From: Candidatus Parcubacteria bacterium
GTDB lineage: Bacteria > Patescibacteriota > Minisyncoccia > Phycocordibacterales > PALSA-1337
Reading direction: 5' to 3'
Length of the DNA stretch: 36,013 nucleotides
Assembly (NCBI GenBank): GCA_034666165.1
Contig: JAXDMJ010000012.1
Span: 1 to 36,013 of the forward strand
In this document: piece after piece, positions 9,647 through 18,268 of the stretch
How the letters are laid out: each line of letters starts with the position of its first letter
Numbering within the stretch: position 1 is the first letter of the stretch
Program-made: the position numbers and the translations under genes
Notes under the pieces: model-generated
The model's input: only the letters and a program-made list of their open reading frames with translations
Databases searched by the model: none
Told to the model about the DNA's origin: nothing

Positions 9647-10468
9647 ATGGCCACAGATACAGCTACGGCTGAAGCTTTTGCCGCCTCCTGGAACAGCCTG
9701 CCAGAAGGATCGATCTATACGAAGGAACAATTCGAGGATTGGCTCTCGCCAGTCGACGAAAAAGACGTGAGAGGCAAGCGCGTGCTCGAACTCGGTTGCG
9801 GCAATGGGAGCCTTATGGTGCATTTGTCCGGCTGGAATCCGGGGTATCTTGAAGGCGTCGATCTGGGCTCCTCGGTCATTTCAGCAAGGAAAAATCTTGG
9901 ATCGCTGCCGTTCAAGAATTGGGAAGTGACCAAAGGAGACATGACTTCGTTTACAAGTCCAGGATTTGATCTCGTCTACTCGATCGGCGTTCTCCATCAT
10001 TTGAAGGATCCGCGCCGCGGTTTCGAGTCGGTCATCCGCAATACCAAAGCTGGCGGCCGTTTCCACTGCTGGGTCTATGCCCGGGAGGGCAATGCGGCCG
10101 TCAGATATCTGGTCGATCCGATCAGAAATGTCGTTTCGCATCTGCCGTGGCGGTTCACCAAATATTTCGTGGCCACGCCGCTGGCCATTCCTTTTTTCAT
10201 ATATGCCAAACTCGTCGCTTCGATCAAACCAACTCTCTTGGCGAAGAAACTGCCTCTCTACGAATATTCGCGCTGGATCGCCAAGCGCGAATTCGCCTTC
10301 TTTCGCCATGTGGCCTTCGATCAGCTGGTCACGCCGCAAACGACCTATATTCCACGATCGACGCTCGAAAAATGGCTGGCCGGTTCGGACCGCGTCGCTC
10401 CCCAGTCTGCATATATCATCATGAGGAATGGCAACTCATGGAAATTCGGCGGCACGATCAAATCATGA
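9647..10468 (+). CDS. Class I SAM-dependent methyltransferase
   Basis: Motif I VLELGCGNGS, then FDLVYSIGVLHHLKDP and KAGGRF. Hydrophobic C-terminal region. Start is uncertain: the ORF opens at GTG 9608 overlapping asnB, and ATG 9647 is the first start after the asnB stop. Confidence 0.75.
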   Translation: MATDTATAEAFAASWNSLPEGSIYTKEQFEDWLSPVDEKDVRGKRVLELGCGNGSLMVHLSGWNPGYLEGVDLGSSVISARKNLGSLPFKNWEVTKGDMTSFTSPGFDLVYSIGVLHHLKDPRRGFESVIRNTKAGGRFHCWVYAREGNAAVRYLVDPIRNVVSHLPWRFTKYFVATPLAIPFFIYAKLVASIKPTLLAKKLPLYEYSRWIAKREFAFFRHVAFDQLVTPQTTYIPRSTLEKWLAGSDRVAPQSAYIIMRNGNSWKFGGTIKS

Positions 10469-11610
10469 AGATCATCATCCTCAATTATGAGTTTCCGCCG
10501 CTCGGCGGTGGCGCCGGCAATGCGAGCGCCAATATCTCCAAAGAATTGGCCCGGCTCGGCCACCGGGTTACGGTCGTAACGACATGGTTCAAGGATCTGC
10601 CGGGAAAGGAAAATGTCGACGGTTATACGGTCATCAGACTGCATTCTCGCCGCCATAAGCGGGACCGGTCCAACGTTGCCGAGATGTTCCATTATGTCCT
10701 GCTCGCCGCGCGGGAGTGCGCTCGGATCTTAAATGATGATCCGCACGACCGCTTGATTTCATTTTTTGCGTTGCCGACGGGGCTTTGCGCCTGGTACCTC
10801 AAAAGAAAATTCAACATTCCATATATCCTCTCATTGCGCGGCGGCGATGTGCCCGGTTTTTTGCCGAAGAGCTTGTGGCTCTACCACGCGCTCTCTCTGC
10901 CTCTCGTGCGCCCTGTCTGGAAGAATGCCAAATACATCGTCGCCAACAGCCGGGGGTTAAAGACATTGGCGGAAAGGACAGCGCGCAGGCTGGGCAGACA
11001 AGTCATCATGATTCCAAACGGGGTCGATGCGCAGATTTTTTCGCCGGCCGAACATTCCGCCGGTAACGACGCCGAAAAAGACTTTCCGATTTTGTTTGCA
11101 GGCCGCTTGACCGAACAAAAGGGCGCGACATATCTGTTAAAAGCCCTGGCCGAGATCAAACACGCCGATCGGCCGGCTTTTCGATCGATCCGCTGCAGCG
11201 TGATCGGCGACGGTCCCTTGCGAGCCATGCTTCTGCACGAGGCGCGGAGTCTCGGTATTGCCGAGCATGTCGAATTTTTGGGGTGGGTGGATCGCCGTTC
11301 TCTGCCGGAGCTGTATCGCCGGCATGCCGTGTTCGTCCTGCCGTCTTTCGAAGAGGGCATGCCGAATGTCATGCTCGAAGCCATGGCTTCGGGACTGGCC
11401 GTCGTGGCGACCGATATTCCCGGAAACAACGAGCTCATCCGAAATGGCGTTTCCGGCGTCTTGGTCAAAAAAACCGCTGACTTGCCGCAAGCGATCCTCG
11501 AGATCTATCATCATCGGGAAAGAATAAGGAAGTATGGCGAAGCCGCCAGGCAATCGGCGATCAAAAGAGGTTGGGCCGAGATCGCCCGCCAGTATGCTAA
11601 TCTATTCTGA
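10465..11610 (+). CDS. Glycosyltransferase family 4 (GT-B)
   Basis: MKIIILNYEFPPLGGGAGNASANISKELARLGHRVTVVT is a typical GT4 N-terminus. C-terminal PSFEEGMPNVMLEAMASGLAVVATDIPGNNELI. ATG 10465 forms an ATGA overlap with the upstream stop. The ORF-track start at 10147 is an out-of-frame overlap artefact. Confidence 0.85.
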   Translation: MKIIILNYEFPPLGGGAGNASANISKELARLGHRVTVVTTWFKDLPGKENVDGYTVIRLHSRRHKRDRSNVAEMFHYVLLAARECARILNDDPHDRLISFFALPTGLCAWYLKRKFNIPYILSLRGGDVPGFLPKSLWLYHALSLPLVRPVWKNAKYIVANSRGLKTLAERTARRLGRQVIMIPNGVDAQIFSPAEHSAGNDAEKDFPILFAGRLTEQKGATYLLKALAEIKHADRPAFRSIRCSVIGDGPLRAMLLHEARSLGIAEHVEFLGWVDRRSLPELYRRHAVFVLPSFEEGMPNVMLEAMASGLAVVATDIPGNNELIRNGVSGVLVKKTADLPQAILEIYHHRERIRKYGEAARQSAIKRGWAEIARQYANLF

Positions 11611-12371
11611 TGAGCCGCGGTCCGGACAACAGACAGATCTATGACGAGACATGGGCGGACTGGGTAGACATGAAAAAATACGGGCCCGCCAGCCGCTGGC
11701 TGCGAAGCCTGATCGACCGGCACCTCTCGACCTTGAAGTCGGATCTCCGGCAACCGATCGTCTCGGTCCTCGACGTCGGCTGCGGAGAAGGCACGATCAC
11801 GGACCTTATCGCCGATGAACTGCCGAAGGCGCGAGTCACCGGCATCGATTTTTCAGAAACGGGCATACGTTGTGCCAAGCGGGCCTATGCCCGCGACAAT
11901 CTGGAATTCATCAAGGACGAAACGTCCGCGCATCTCAAGAATACCCATGACCTCGTCACGGCCTTCGAGGTGCTCGAACATATTGACGACTGGCAGCAAT
12001 TTCTCGGCCGCCTGGCCGCTTCTTCGCGGAGATACCTGATGCTTTCATTTCCGACGGGACGGATGAGGCCCTTTGAAGTCACGGTCGGGCATTACCGAAA
12101 TTACGGGAAGGGACAGATCGAAGCGTTCTTGAAGGCCAGGGGATTCGTTCCGGTCGAGGTCTTCTACGCCGGTTTTCCGTTCTATAATCCGCTCTATCGG
12201 GAGTTCTGCAACTTGACGAATTCCGGCAGCAATTCATTCACCAAAGGGAGATACGATTGGCGCCAGAAAACTCTCGGCTGGATCGTCTATTTCTTCTTTA
12301 ATTTTCTCTCGACGCGGCGGCATTTAGGCGATCAGTTTTGCGGTCTCTTCGTCCGCCGGAACTTTGCATGA
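11610..12371 (+). CDS. Class I SAM-dependent methyltransferase
   Basis: Motif I VLDVGCGEGT, then HDLVTAFEVLEHIDD. TGATG 1-nt overlap with the upstream stop. Confidence 0.8.
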   Translation: MSRGPDNRQIYDETWADWVDMKKYGPASRWLRSLIDRHLSTLKSDLRQPIVSVLDVGCGEGTITDLIADELPKARVTGIDFSETGIRCAKRAYARDNLEFIKDETSAHLKNTHDLVTAFEVLEHIDDWQQFLGRLAASSRRYLMLSFPTGRMRPFEVTVGHYRNYGKGQIEAFLKARGFVPVEVFYAGFPFYNPLYREFCNLTNSGSNSFTKGRYDWRQKTLGWIVYFFFNFLSTRRHLGDQFCGLFVRRNFA

Positions 12372-12408
12372 TTGCTTGGCTGCCTGTCTCTTTGAGGAAG
12401 AAACCTTT

Positions 12409-13368
12409 ATGACGAAAATTCCGAGGTCGGCATATACGATCACATTCAAACTTCTCGTTTCAGCCGTGCTGATCTGGCTGGTCTTGAGGAATAGCTCATT
12501 TTCCTCGGTCATCTTCTTCTTCAGTCTATATTCACTTTCGACGGTCGGCACCATTGCTCTCCTTCTCGCCGCGGGTTTGCTGATCGCCGCATTCCGATGG
12601 AAGCTCCTGCTGCCCGACGTCGGATTTCTGAAGATACTGAAATTCACCGTCATCGGCCAATTCTATTCGTTGGTCTTGCCCGGCCAATTGACCGGCGAAG
12701 CCGCCAAAGCCTATCGATTGAGCTCTGAACAATCGGGCGCAGGCAGCCGGATATCGGCTTCGGTGGCAGTCGACAAGATCATCGGTCTGATCGGCCTGCT
12801 GATGCTCGCGCTAATCGGACTTTTCAATACGCGGGAGCCGGCGGGAACAGAGCTTATATCCACGGTCGTCGTTTTGCTCTGCGGGCTTTCTCTGACATTG
12901 TTCATTCTCGGCAATTCGCGGCTTCAAGAGTTCATTCTGGATCGACTGGCCCGTATCAAAGGCAGATATCCGATTTCGGCCCGGATAGCCGATTTCCTTG
13001 GCCGCGCCGCCGGGCACTACGGTTCTTTTTCAAAGCGTCTGAAAGTCATTGCCGCCAGCCTCATCCTCGGCATTGCATATCAGCTGTCGGCGGTCTTCAT
13101 CACGGCGGTGTTCGCTCATGATCTTGGCCTCAACGTCGGGCTCGTCGAATGGTTCTGGATATTCGGCGTGATCTCGGTAGCCGTCGTCCTGCCGGTTACG
13201 ATCGCCGGCATCGGAGTACGGGAAGGTCTTTTCGTTTATTTTCTCGCCGGCTTAGGCGTGAGCCATGAAGCGGCTATCGCCCTTTCGCTCTCCGTATTGG
13301 CTGCGCAGTGCCTGGCGGCTCTCGCCGGCGCGCTCATCGAATTGACCGAATTCATCCGGAAGCGCTAG
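12409..13368 (+). CDS. Flippase-like integral membrane protein (LPG_synthase_TM / UPF0104 family)
   Basis: About 8 hydrophobic helices. LVLPGQLTGEAAKAYRL and VVLPVTIAGIGVREGLFVYFL resemble the lysyl-PG-synthase transmembrane (flippase) region. ATG 12409 is preceded by GAGGAAG (12393-12399). The ORF track opens at TTG 12364. Confidence 0.7.
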   Translation: MTKIPRSAYTITFKLLVSAVLIWLVLRNSSFSSVIFFFSLYSLSTVGTIALLLAAGLLIAAFRWKLLLPDVGFLKILKFTVIGQFYSLVLPGQLTGEAAKAYRLSSEQSGAGSRISASVAVDKIIGLIGLLMLALIGLFNTREPAGTELISTVVVLLCGLSLTLFILGNSRLQEFILDRLARIKGRYPISARIADFLGRAAGHYGSFSKRLKVIAASLILGIAYQLSAVFITAVFAHDLGLNVGLVEWFWIFGVISVAVVLPVTIAGIGVREGLFVYFLAGLGVSHEAAIALSLSVLAAQCLAALAGALIELTEFIRKR

Positions 13369-13407
13369 ACTTTAGCCGGCCATAAACTGGTGGCCGGCCA
13401 TAAACTC

Positions 13408-15075
13408 ATGGATAATAAAAAAACCACCAAATTAACCGCGGCGGCGGTCGCGCTCTGCATAGTCTGGATGGCTCTCCATATCCCCGGCATCGTTTACGGG
13501 ACGAGCGACACGCCGCTCCACGTCTCATATATGACGGCCGATGAGCAGTCTCCGGTAAACGGAGCGCTCCACATTTTGGAAACCAAAAATCCTCTCGAGT
13601 TGCGAAATATCACTACCCTTTATTACGGGCCGGTTTTCGCGCTTATCGCCATACCGGCGACCATCCTTGACTTCGCGGTCCGGCTCATTTCGGGGGCCGT
13701 CTCGGGTCCGTTGTCGTACAAGGATTTCGTCGTCTGGAATTGGGGCGGCATCCTCATCTGGGGCCGGATCATCGCGGTCATCTCCGGCTTTACGGGAATG
13801 TGGGCGACATATCTATTATTCAAGACGAAAACTTTCAATCCGTCGGGCGCGAAATGGCTCGCGACCGCCGCCGCCGTTATGGTCGGCTTGAATTACCTCT
13901 ATTTCGAATATATGAATTTTTTCAGGCATTGGGCGTTCATGCTGCCGATCCTGATCTGGCAGATATATCTGCTCGTGCGGATCATGGAAACCGAGCGCGG
14001 CCGGGCCAAATATTGGGTCGGGCAGGCTCTGCTCACGACGGCGATTTTCGGCATCAGCTATTTGAGCATCATCTTTCAAGTCATCTGGCTGCCGGCCATA
14101 GTCAGATGGGTCAGGAAAAAGGATCGGATCCGCTTCCGGGAATTATGCTGGTACGTCCTCGGCGCCGCGATCGGCATGGCCCTCATCGTCTGGTGGTATC
14201 CCTACGGATTCATGAGGACGGTGAGCATCGCTGGTATCGGCGCGCCGCCGGCCAATAGCCAAGGGGTGGTCCTCGACGTACCCTCGACAGGCTGGGCTTC
14301 GGGCCATTCATTCGTCTTCTACGCCGAAACGATATTGGTCAATGACTTTCTATTGATCGTTGCCGGATTGATCCTTCTGGCGGCCATTTTCTCGCGCAAG
14401 CGGATCTTCGCGCAATACTGGTTTTGGGTCCTCATACTTCCGGCAGCGGCGAATTATCTGCTATTCGGAGATCTCACACATCATGAGACCAGATATGTGC
14501 TGCCGACCCTCGTCTGCTTAGTGCTGTTGGTCATGGCTCTGTACTCGGCTGCTTTCGCCGAATGGCGCTATGACCGGCCGTCCGCCAGGCTCGCCGGCTT
14601 GTTGCTCGGTCTGTCGCTCTTGCTCAATGTCGTGCAAATCGCCGGCTGGGAGAGGATGATCATCGCTGGACCGCCGGAGAGGAGAGCGATCGTCCCAGAG
14701 CTCATCGCCTGGCAGAAAGCCGATCCCCGGGCGAAGACATTGGCCATCAAGAATTGGCCCTTCGGCTACGTGCATTCTGCACCCGCCTACGCCGAATACG
14801 TAGCCACTCACCAGAAATCCACATACGATCTTTGGAATTATATTTTGACTTTGCCGCCGCCGTCGAATGTCACGCCGATCAACGTTTATTACGAACCGGT
14901 AGGCAGCTTCGTCACGGCCGCTGACAAAAAAGCATATGACCACATCGTCGTCTGGAATCCCGCGTCGATCGACAGCGACTTGGCGGATGTCAGTCCGAAC
15001 GATGAGTTCGATTGGAAGCCTTGGACGGTCTGGAATTATTCGGCCTATCAGGAATCATTCAAGATCATTAAATAG
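13408..15075 (+). CDS. GT-C fold membrane glycosyltransferase-like protein (ArnT/PMT_2-like) with a soluble C-terminal domain
   Basis: Many hydrophobic helices over ~400 aa. An acidic motif in the first loop (YMTADEQSP) sits where GT-C enzymes carry their catalytic D/E. C-terminal ~150 aa are hydrophilic. Assignment rests on architecture and context rather than a strong motif. Start could be GTG 13390 or ATG 13408. Confidence 0.55.
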   Translation: MDNKKTTKLTAAAVALCIVWMALHIPGIVYGTSDTPLHVSYMTADEQSPVNGALHILETKNPLELRNITTLYYGPVFALIAIPATILDFAVRLISGAVSGPLSYKDFVVWNWGGILIWGRIIAVISGFTGMWATYLLFKTKTFNPSGAKWLATAAAVMVGLNYLYFEYMNFFRHWAFMLPILIWQIYLLVRIMETERGRAKYWVGQALLTTAIFGISYLSIIFQVIWLPAIVRWVRKKDRIRFRELCWYVLGAAIGMALIVWWYPYGFMRTVSIAGIGAPPANSQGVVLDVPSTGWASGHSFVFYAETILVNDFLLIVAGLILLAAIFSRKRIFAQYWFWVLILPAAANYLLFGDLTHHETRYVLPTLVCLVLLVMALYSAAFAEWRYDRPSARLAGLLLGLSLLLNVVQIAGWERMIIAGPPERRAIVPELIAWQKADPRAKTLAIKNWPFGYVHSAPAYAEYVATHQKSTYDLWNYILTLPPPSNVTPINVYYEPVGSFVTAADKKAYDHIVVWNPASIDSDLADVSPNDEFDWKPWTVWNYSAYQESFKIIK

Positions 15076-15099
15076 TCAAAGTGTGATAGGCTATGCCTC

Positions 15100-15765
15100 A
15101 TGGGCAAAGTGATCGACGAATATTCGAAGCGGAATGATAAGATCGTCGGAGGCATCGGGCTGTACGGCAGGGAAAGGGGCGAGTTGTTCCGCTCGCTCAT
15201 CGGCAGAGGCAAGAAAATCCTCGATCTCGGCGCCAACCACGGCGCCTTGACGCAATTTTACGCCGAAGGCAATGACCTGACGGCCGTAGATTTCGACAAG
15301 AAGAACCTGGAGATCCTCTCGAAGCGCTTCGGGGCGAAAGTCATTCCGTTCGATTTGAATGAGGACGTGGCCGTTCTGGGAAACGGCTCATGGGATGCCG
15401 TCGTCATGAGCGAGGTGTTGGAGCATCTCTATTTTCCCGACAGGAAGATGACCGAGCTCGCCAAGCTCATAAAGCCCGACGGCGCCTTCATCGGTTCCGT
15501 GCCGAACGGATTTTCCCTGAAGAATCGCCTGCGTTATCTTTTTAACAGGCCGGAAGGGACGACCATGGCCGAGCCGACCCACATCACTCATTTCAGCTAT
15601 AAGCGCATAAAGAGGCTGCTTGAAAAAAATTTCCGCCGCGTCAATATCATCCCCATCCAGCAAAAGCGCTTCCTTCCTCTGGCCCAATTGTCACCGAACT
15701 TCTTTGCTTTCATCCTGGCTTTCGAATGCCGCGAACCGATCCATGCCGACGCCTTGGAGAAATAG
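15100..15765 (+). CDS. Class I SAM-dependent methyltransferase
   Basis: Motif I ILDLGANHGALT, then WDAVVMSEVLEHLYFP and IKPDGAFIGSVP. Confidence 0.8.
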   Translation: MGKVIDEYSKRNDKIVGGIGLYGRERGELFRSLIGRGKKILDLGANHGALTQFYAEGNDLTAVDFDKKNLEILSKRFGAKVIPFDLNEDVAVLGNGSWDAVVMSEVLEHLYFPDRKMTELAKLIKPDGAFIGSVPNGFSLKNRLRYLFNRPEGTTMAEPTHITHFSYKRIKRLLEKNFRRVNIIPIQQKRFLPLAQLSPNFFAFILAFECREPIHADALEK

Positions 15766-16357
15766 ATTGTATAAGGAAATCAGCGCTCTCACGCTGGACG
15801 GCGCGATCCTCGACTTGGGCGGCTCGCGCAAATCCGGTTATCACGAATTGATGGCTGGGAAACACTCGATCACGGTCGTCAATATAGACGATGCGGCCGA
15901 ACCCGACCTCCGATTTGATCTGGAAAAGGCATTTCCTCTCCAAGCATCCTCGTATGATTCGATCTTGGCATTCAACGTCTTGGAGCATATCTTTGAATAT
16001 CAGAATTTTCTCAAGGAGAGCAACCGCGTTCTTCGATCGGGCGGTGCTCTCGTCATCGGCGTCCCGTTCTTGATCAATGTGCATCCGTCGCCCCATGATT
16101 TTTGGCGTTACAGCGGGGAAGCTCTGGAGAAGATCCTCGCATCGGCCGGTTATTCGCATGTCGCGGTGAAAGCACTCGGCGAAGGTCCTTGTCTGGCTTC
16201 GGTCCAGCTTTTTTCCACGGTCATTCGGATCGCTCCGATCCGGGCGATATTCGAATGGCTCGCGTTTTTTTTCGACTGGCTCCTCTCGTTCGTCGTCCCG
16301 GGGAAGACGCTCGTCGCGAGATTCCCCTTGGGCTATTATGTCATCGCCCGGAAATAG
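15743..16357 (+). CDS. Class I SAM-dependent methyltransferase (degenerate motif I) with a hydrophobic C-terminal tail
   Basis: AILDLGGSRKSGY, YDSILAFNVLEHIFEYQNFLKESNRVLRSGGALVIGVPF. C-terminal IFEWLAFFFDWLLSFVVPG. Start uncertain: ATG 15743 overlaps the upstream gene by 23 nt, and TTG 15767 follows its stop directly. Confidence 0.65.
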   Translation: MPTPWRNRLYKEISALTLDGAILDLGGSRKSGYHELMAGKHSITVVNIDDAAEPDLRFDLEKAFPLQASSYDSILAFNVLEHIFEYQNFLKESNRVLRSGGALVIGVPFLINVHPSPHDFWRYSGEALEKILASAGYSHVAVKALGEGPCLASVQLFSTVIRIAPIRAIFEWLAFFFDWLLSFVVPGKTLVARFPLGYYVIARK

Positions 16358-16358
16358 T

Positions 16359-17429
16359 ATGGCAAAAACCGTCTTATATTTCGGCATCTTTGACCCGAAT
16401 TTCTCGCGCAATAGAGTTTTCGCGGCCGGTTTGAAGGCGAACGGCATCAATGTGATTGTCTGCACGGATACGAGTCCCGGGCTACTCAAATATTGGCGCC
16501 TTTTTCGCAAGCACCGGACGGTGCGTGACCAGTACGACGCGGTCATAGTCGGTTTCCCCGGCTATGCGGCGGCGCCTTTGGCGAAATTGATCGCTCGGCG
16601 CGGGCGGCCGGTCATCTTCGACGCGCTCTGTTCGTTCTACGAGACGCAGATCATTTCGCGAGACGCCTATCGGGGCAATCCCCTTCGGATCCCGTACGTG
16701 CGCTCGATCGACTGGCTCGCCGCGCGATCAGCGGATTTCATTTTGGTTGAGACGGAACGTCAGAAGGAATATTTCGCGGAGGAACTCGGTGTGCCGCGGG
16801 GGAAATGCGTCGTCGTTTACACCGGCGCGGACGATTCGGTCTTTCATCCCGACGATTCGGTCAAGAAGCGCGAGCGGTTCACCGTGCTCTTCCGCGGGCG
16901 CATCACGCCGGAGGCCGGCGCCATTCATGTTCTCGGGGCCGCCAAGCTTCTCGAAAATGAAGACATCGATTTTCTGGTCATCGGCTTCGGCTGGGGCTCT
17001 GTCATGGAAAAATTCGACGCGGCTCTCGCGTCGCTCAAGCTTAAGAATATCCGGCATATCCGCGAACAGATCCCGATCGAGGAACTGCGGAAGCTCTCGC
17101 TCGGATGTCATGTCAGCCTCGGGCAATTCGCATTCTGTGAACGGCTCAAGCGGACCATTCCGCATAAGGCCTTTGAGTCCATGGCCATGAAGATCCCCTA
17201 TATCACGGCCCGCGCCGGAGGCGTCGCCGAGATCTTCTCCGATCGGGAGAACTGCCTCATGGTCGATCCGGCCGACCCGGCCGACATTGCCGCCAAGATC
17301 ACGATGCTTAAAAATGACGCCGCGCTAGCCCATCGTCTGGCAGACAACGCTCTCGCGCTCTATCAAAGCCGGTTCACGCCGCAAAAGATCGTTAAGCCGA
17401 TCATCGGACTCTTGACTCGTCCTCTATGA
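16359..17429 (+). CDS. Glycosyltransferase family 1 (GT-B)
   Basis: MAKTVLYFGIFDPNFSRNRVFAAGLKANGINVIV N-terminus. C-terminal IPHKAFESMAMKIPYITARAGGVAEIFSDRENCLMV. ATG 16359 is 1 nt after the upstream stop. Confidence 0.75.
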   Translation: MAKTVLYFGIFDPNFSRNRVFAAGLKANGINVIVCTDTSPGLLKYWRLFRKHRTVRDQYDAVIVGFPGYAAAPLAKLIARRGRPVIFDALCSFYETQIISRDAYRGNPLRIPYVRSIDWLAARSADFILVETERQKEYFAEELGVPRGKCVVVYTGADDSVFHPDDSVKKRERFTVLFRGRITPEAGAIHVLGAAKLLENEDIDFLVIGFGWGSVMEKFDAALASLKLKNIRHIREQIPIEELRKLSLGCHVSLGQFAFCERLKRTIPHKAFESMAMKIPYITARAGGVAEIFSDRENCLMVDPADPADIAAKITMLKNDAALAHRLADNALALYQSRFTPQKIVKPIIGLLTRPL

Positions 17430-18268
17430 AGAAATTGCTAAAAGCAATCGTACCGAAGACTCTCTGGGAATTTGTCCGCAGAATGCTCTTTAGAGTGCCG
17501 GCCGCCTTCGAGCATCTCGGTCCCTACGAGAGGCACATGAGGTATCGCGGCTTTAAACTGCATTACGCCCGTGGCGATTCGATCGTCAAGCGGCTGCGGC
17601 GCGAGCCCGTCTTTGAGGAAAAAATGTGCCAGGACATCGTACATGAACTGAATAAGTCCCAGTCGCCCGTTTTTCTGGACATCGGCGCCAATATCGGCCT
17701 CATCAGTTTATATGTTGCCGCCGCGGCGCCCGCGGCAAAGATCTATGCCTTCGAGCCTGGTCCGGTCCAGGCAGGCATGCTCGAGAAAACTATCGAATCG
17801 AATAAGCTTACAAGCCGCATTGAACTCACTATCGCGGCATTGTCAGACTCTGCCGGCCGGCGAAAATTCCATATTCACCCCGCGCATGACATGTCGAAGG
17901 ACGGTCTTCGGGATACGGGCAGGGGAGAAAAGGCCATGGTCGCCGAAGTGGACACCCTCACTCTCGATGACTGGTGGGAAAAGACGGGTTCGCCGCGGAT
18001 TAACGTAGTCAAGATCGACACGGAAGGCGCGGAACTCTTGATCCTTCGCGGGGCCAGATTTTTCCTGGCAAAGGCCCGCCCGGTCGTCTATCTCGAGATA
18101 GAACGGAGCAATCTCAAAGCCTATCCGTATTCGGCGGGAGATATTCTCTCCTTTCTGGGAGATATGGGCTATAGCCTGTCCTCGCTCCAGGGAGAGCGCG
18201 CCGACGCGGAGAATCTCAATGACCTCCTCCGCACGGGCGACACATTCCGCGCCGCGCCTCTGCCCTAG
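17426..18268 (+). CDS. FkbM-family SAM methyltransferase
   Basis: FLDIGANIGLISLY...IYAFEPGP...VKIDTEGAELLIL are FkbM (Methyltransf_21) hallmarks. ATGA overlap with the upstream gene. Confidence 0.85.
   Translation: MKKLLKAIVPKTLWEFVRRMLFRVPAAFEHLGPYERHMRYRGFKLHYARGDSIVKRLRREPVFEEKMCQDIVHELNKSQSPVFLDIGANIGLISLYVAAAAPAAKIYAFEPGPVQAGMLEKTIESNKLTSRIELTIAALSDSAGRRKFHIHPAHDMSKDGLRDTGRGEKAMVAEVDTLTLDDWWEKTGSPRINVVKIDTEGAELLILRGARFFLAKARPVVYLEIERSNLKAYPYSAGDILSFLGDMGYSLSSLQGERADAENLNDLLRTGDTFRAAPLP

Noticed and set aside
10147-10464. 106-aa N-terminal extension of the GT4 ORF given in the track (start 10147)
   Set aside because: The extension overlaps the 3' third of the methyltransferase gene in another frame. 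ATG 10465 forms an ATGA overlap with that gene's stop and yields the canonical GT4 N-terminus MKIIILNYEFPPLGGG.
15710-16546. 278-aa ORF on the minus strand, one of the longest in the track
   Set aside because: It lies entirely antisense to two plus-strand genes that carry clear methyltransferase and GT motifs. Its product is Arg/Pro/Asp-rich with no recognisable motif, which is typical of shadow ORFs in GC-rich DNA.
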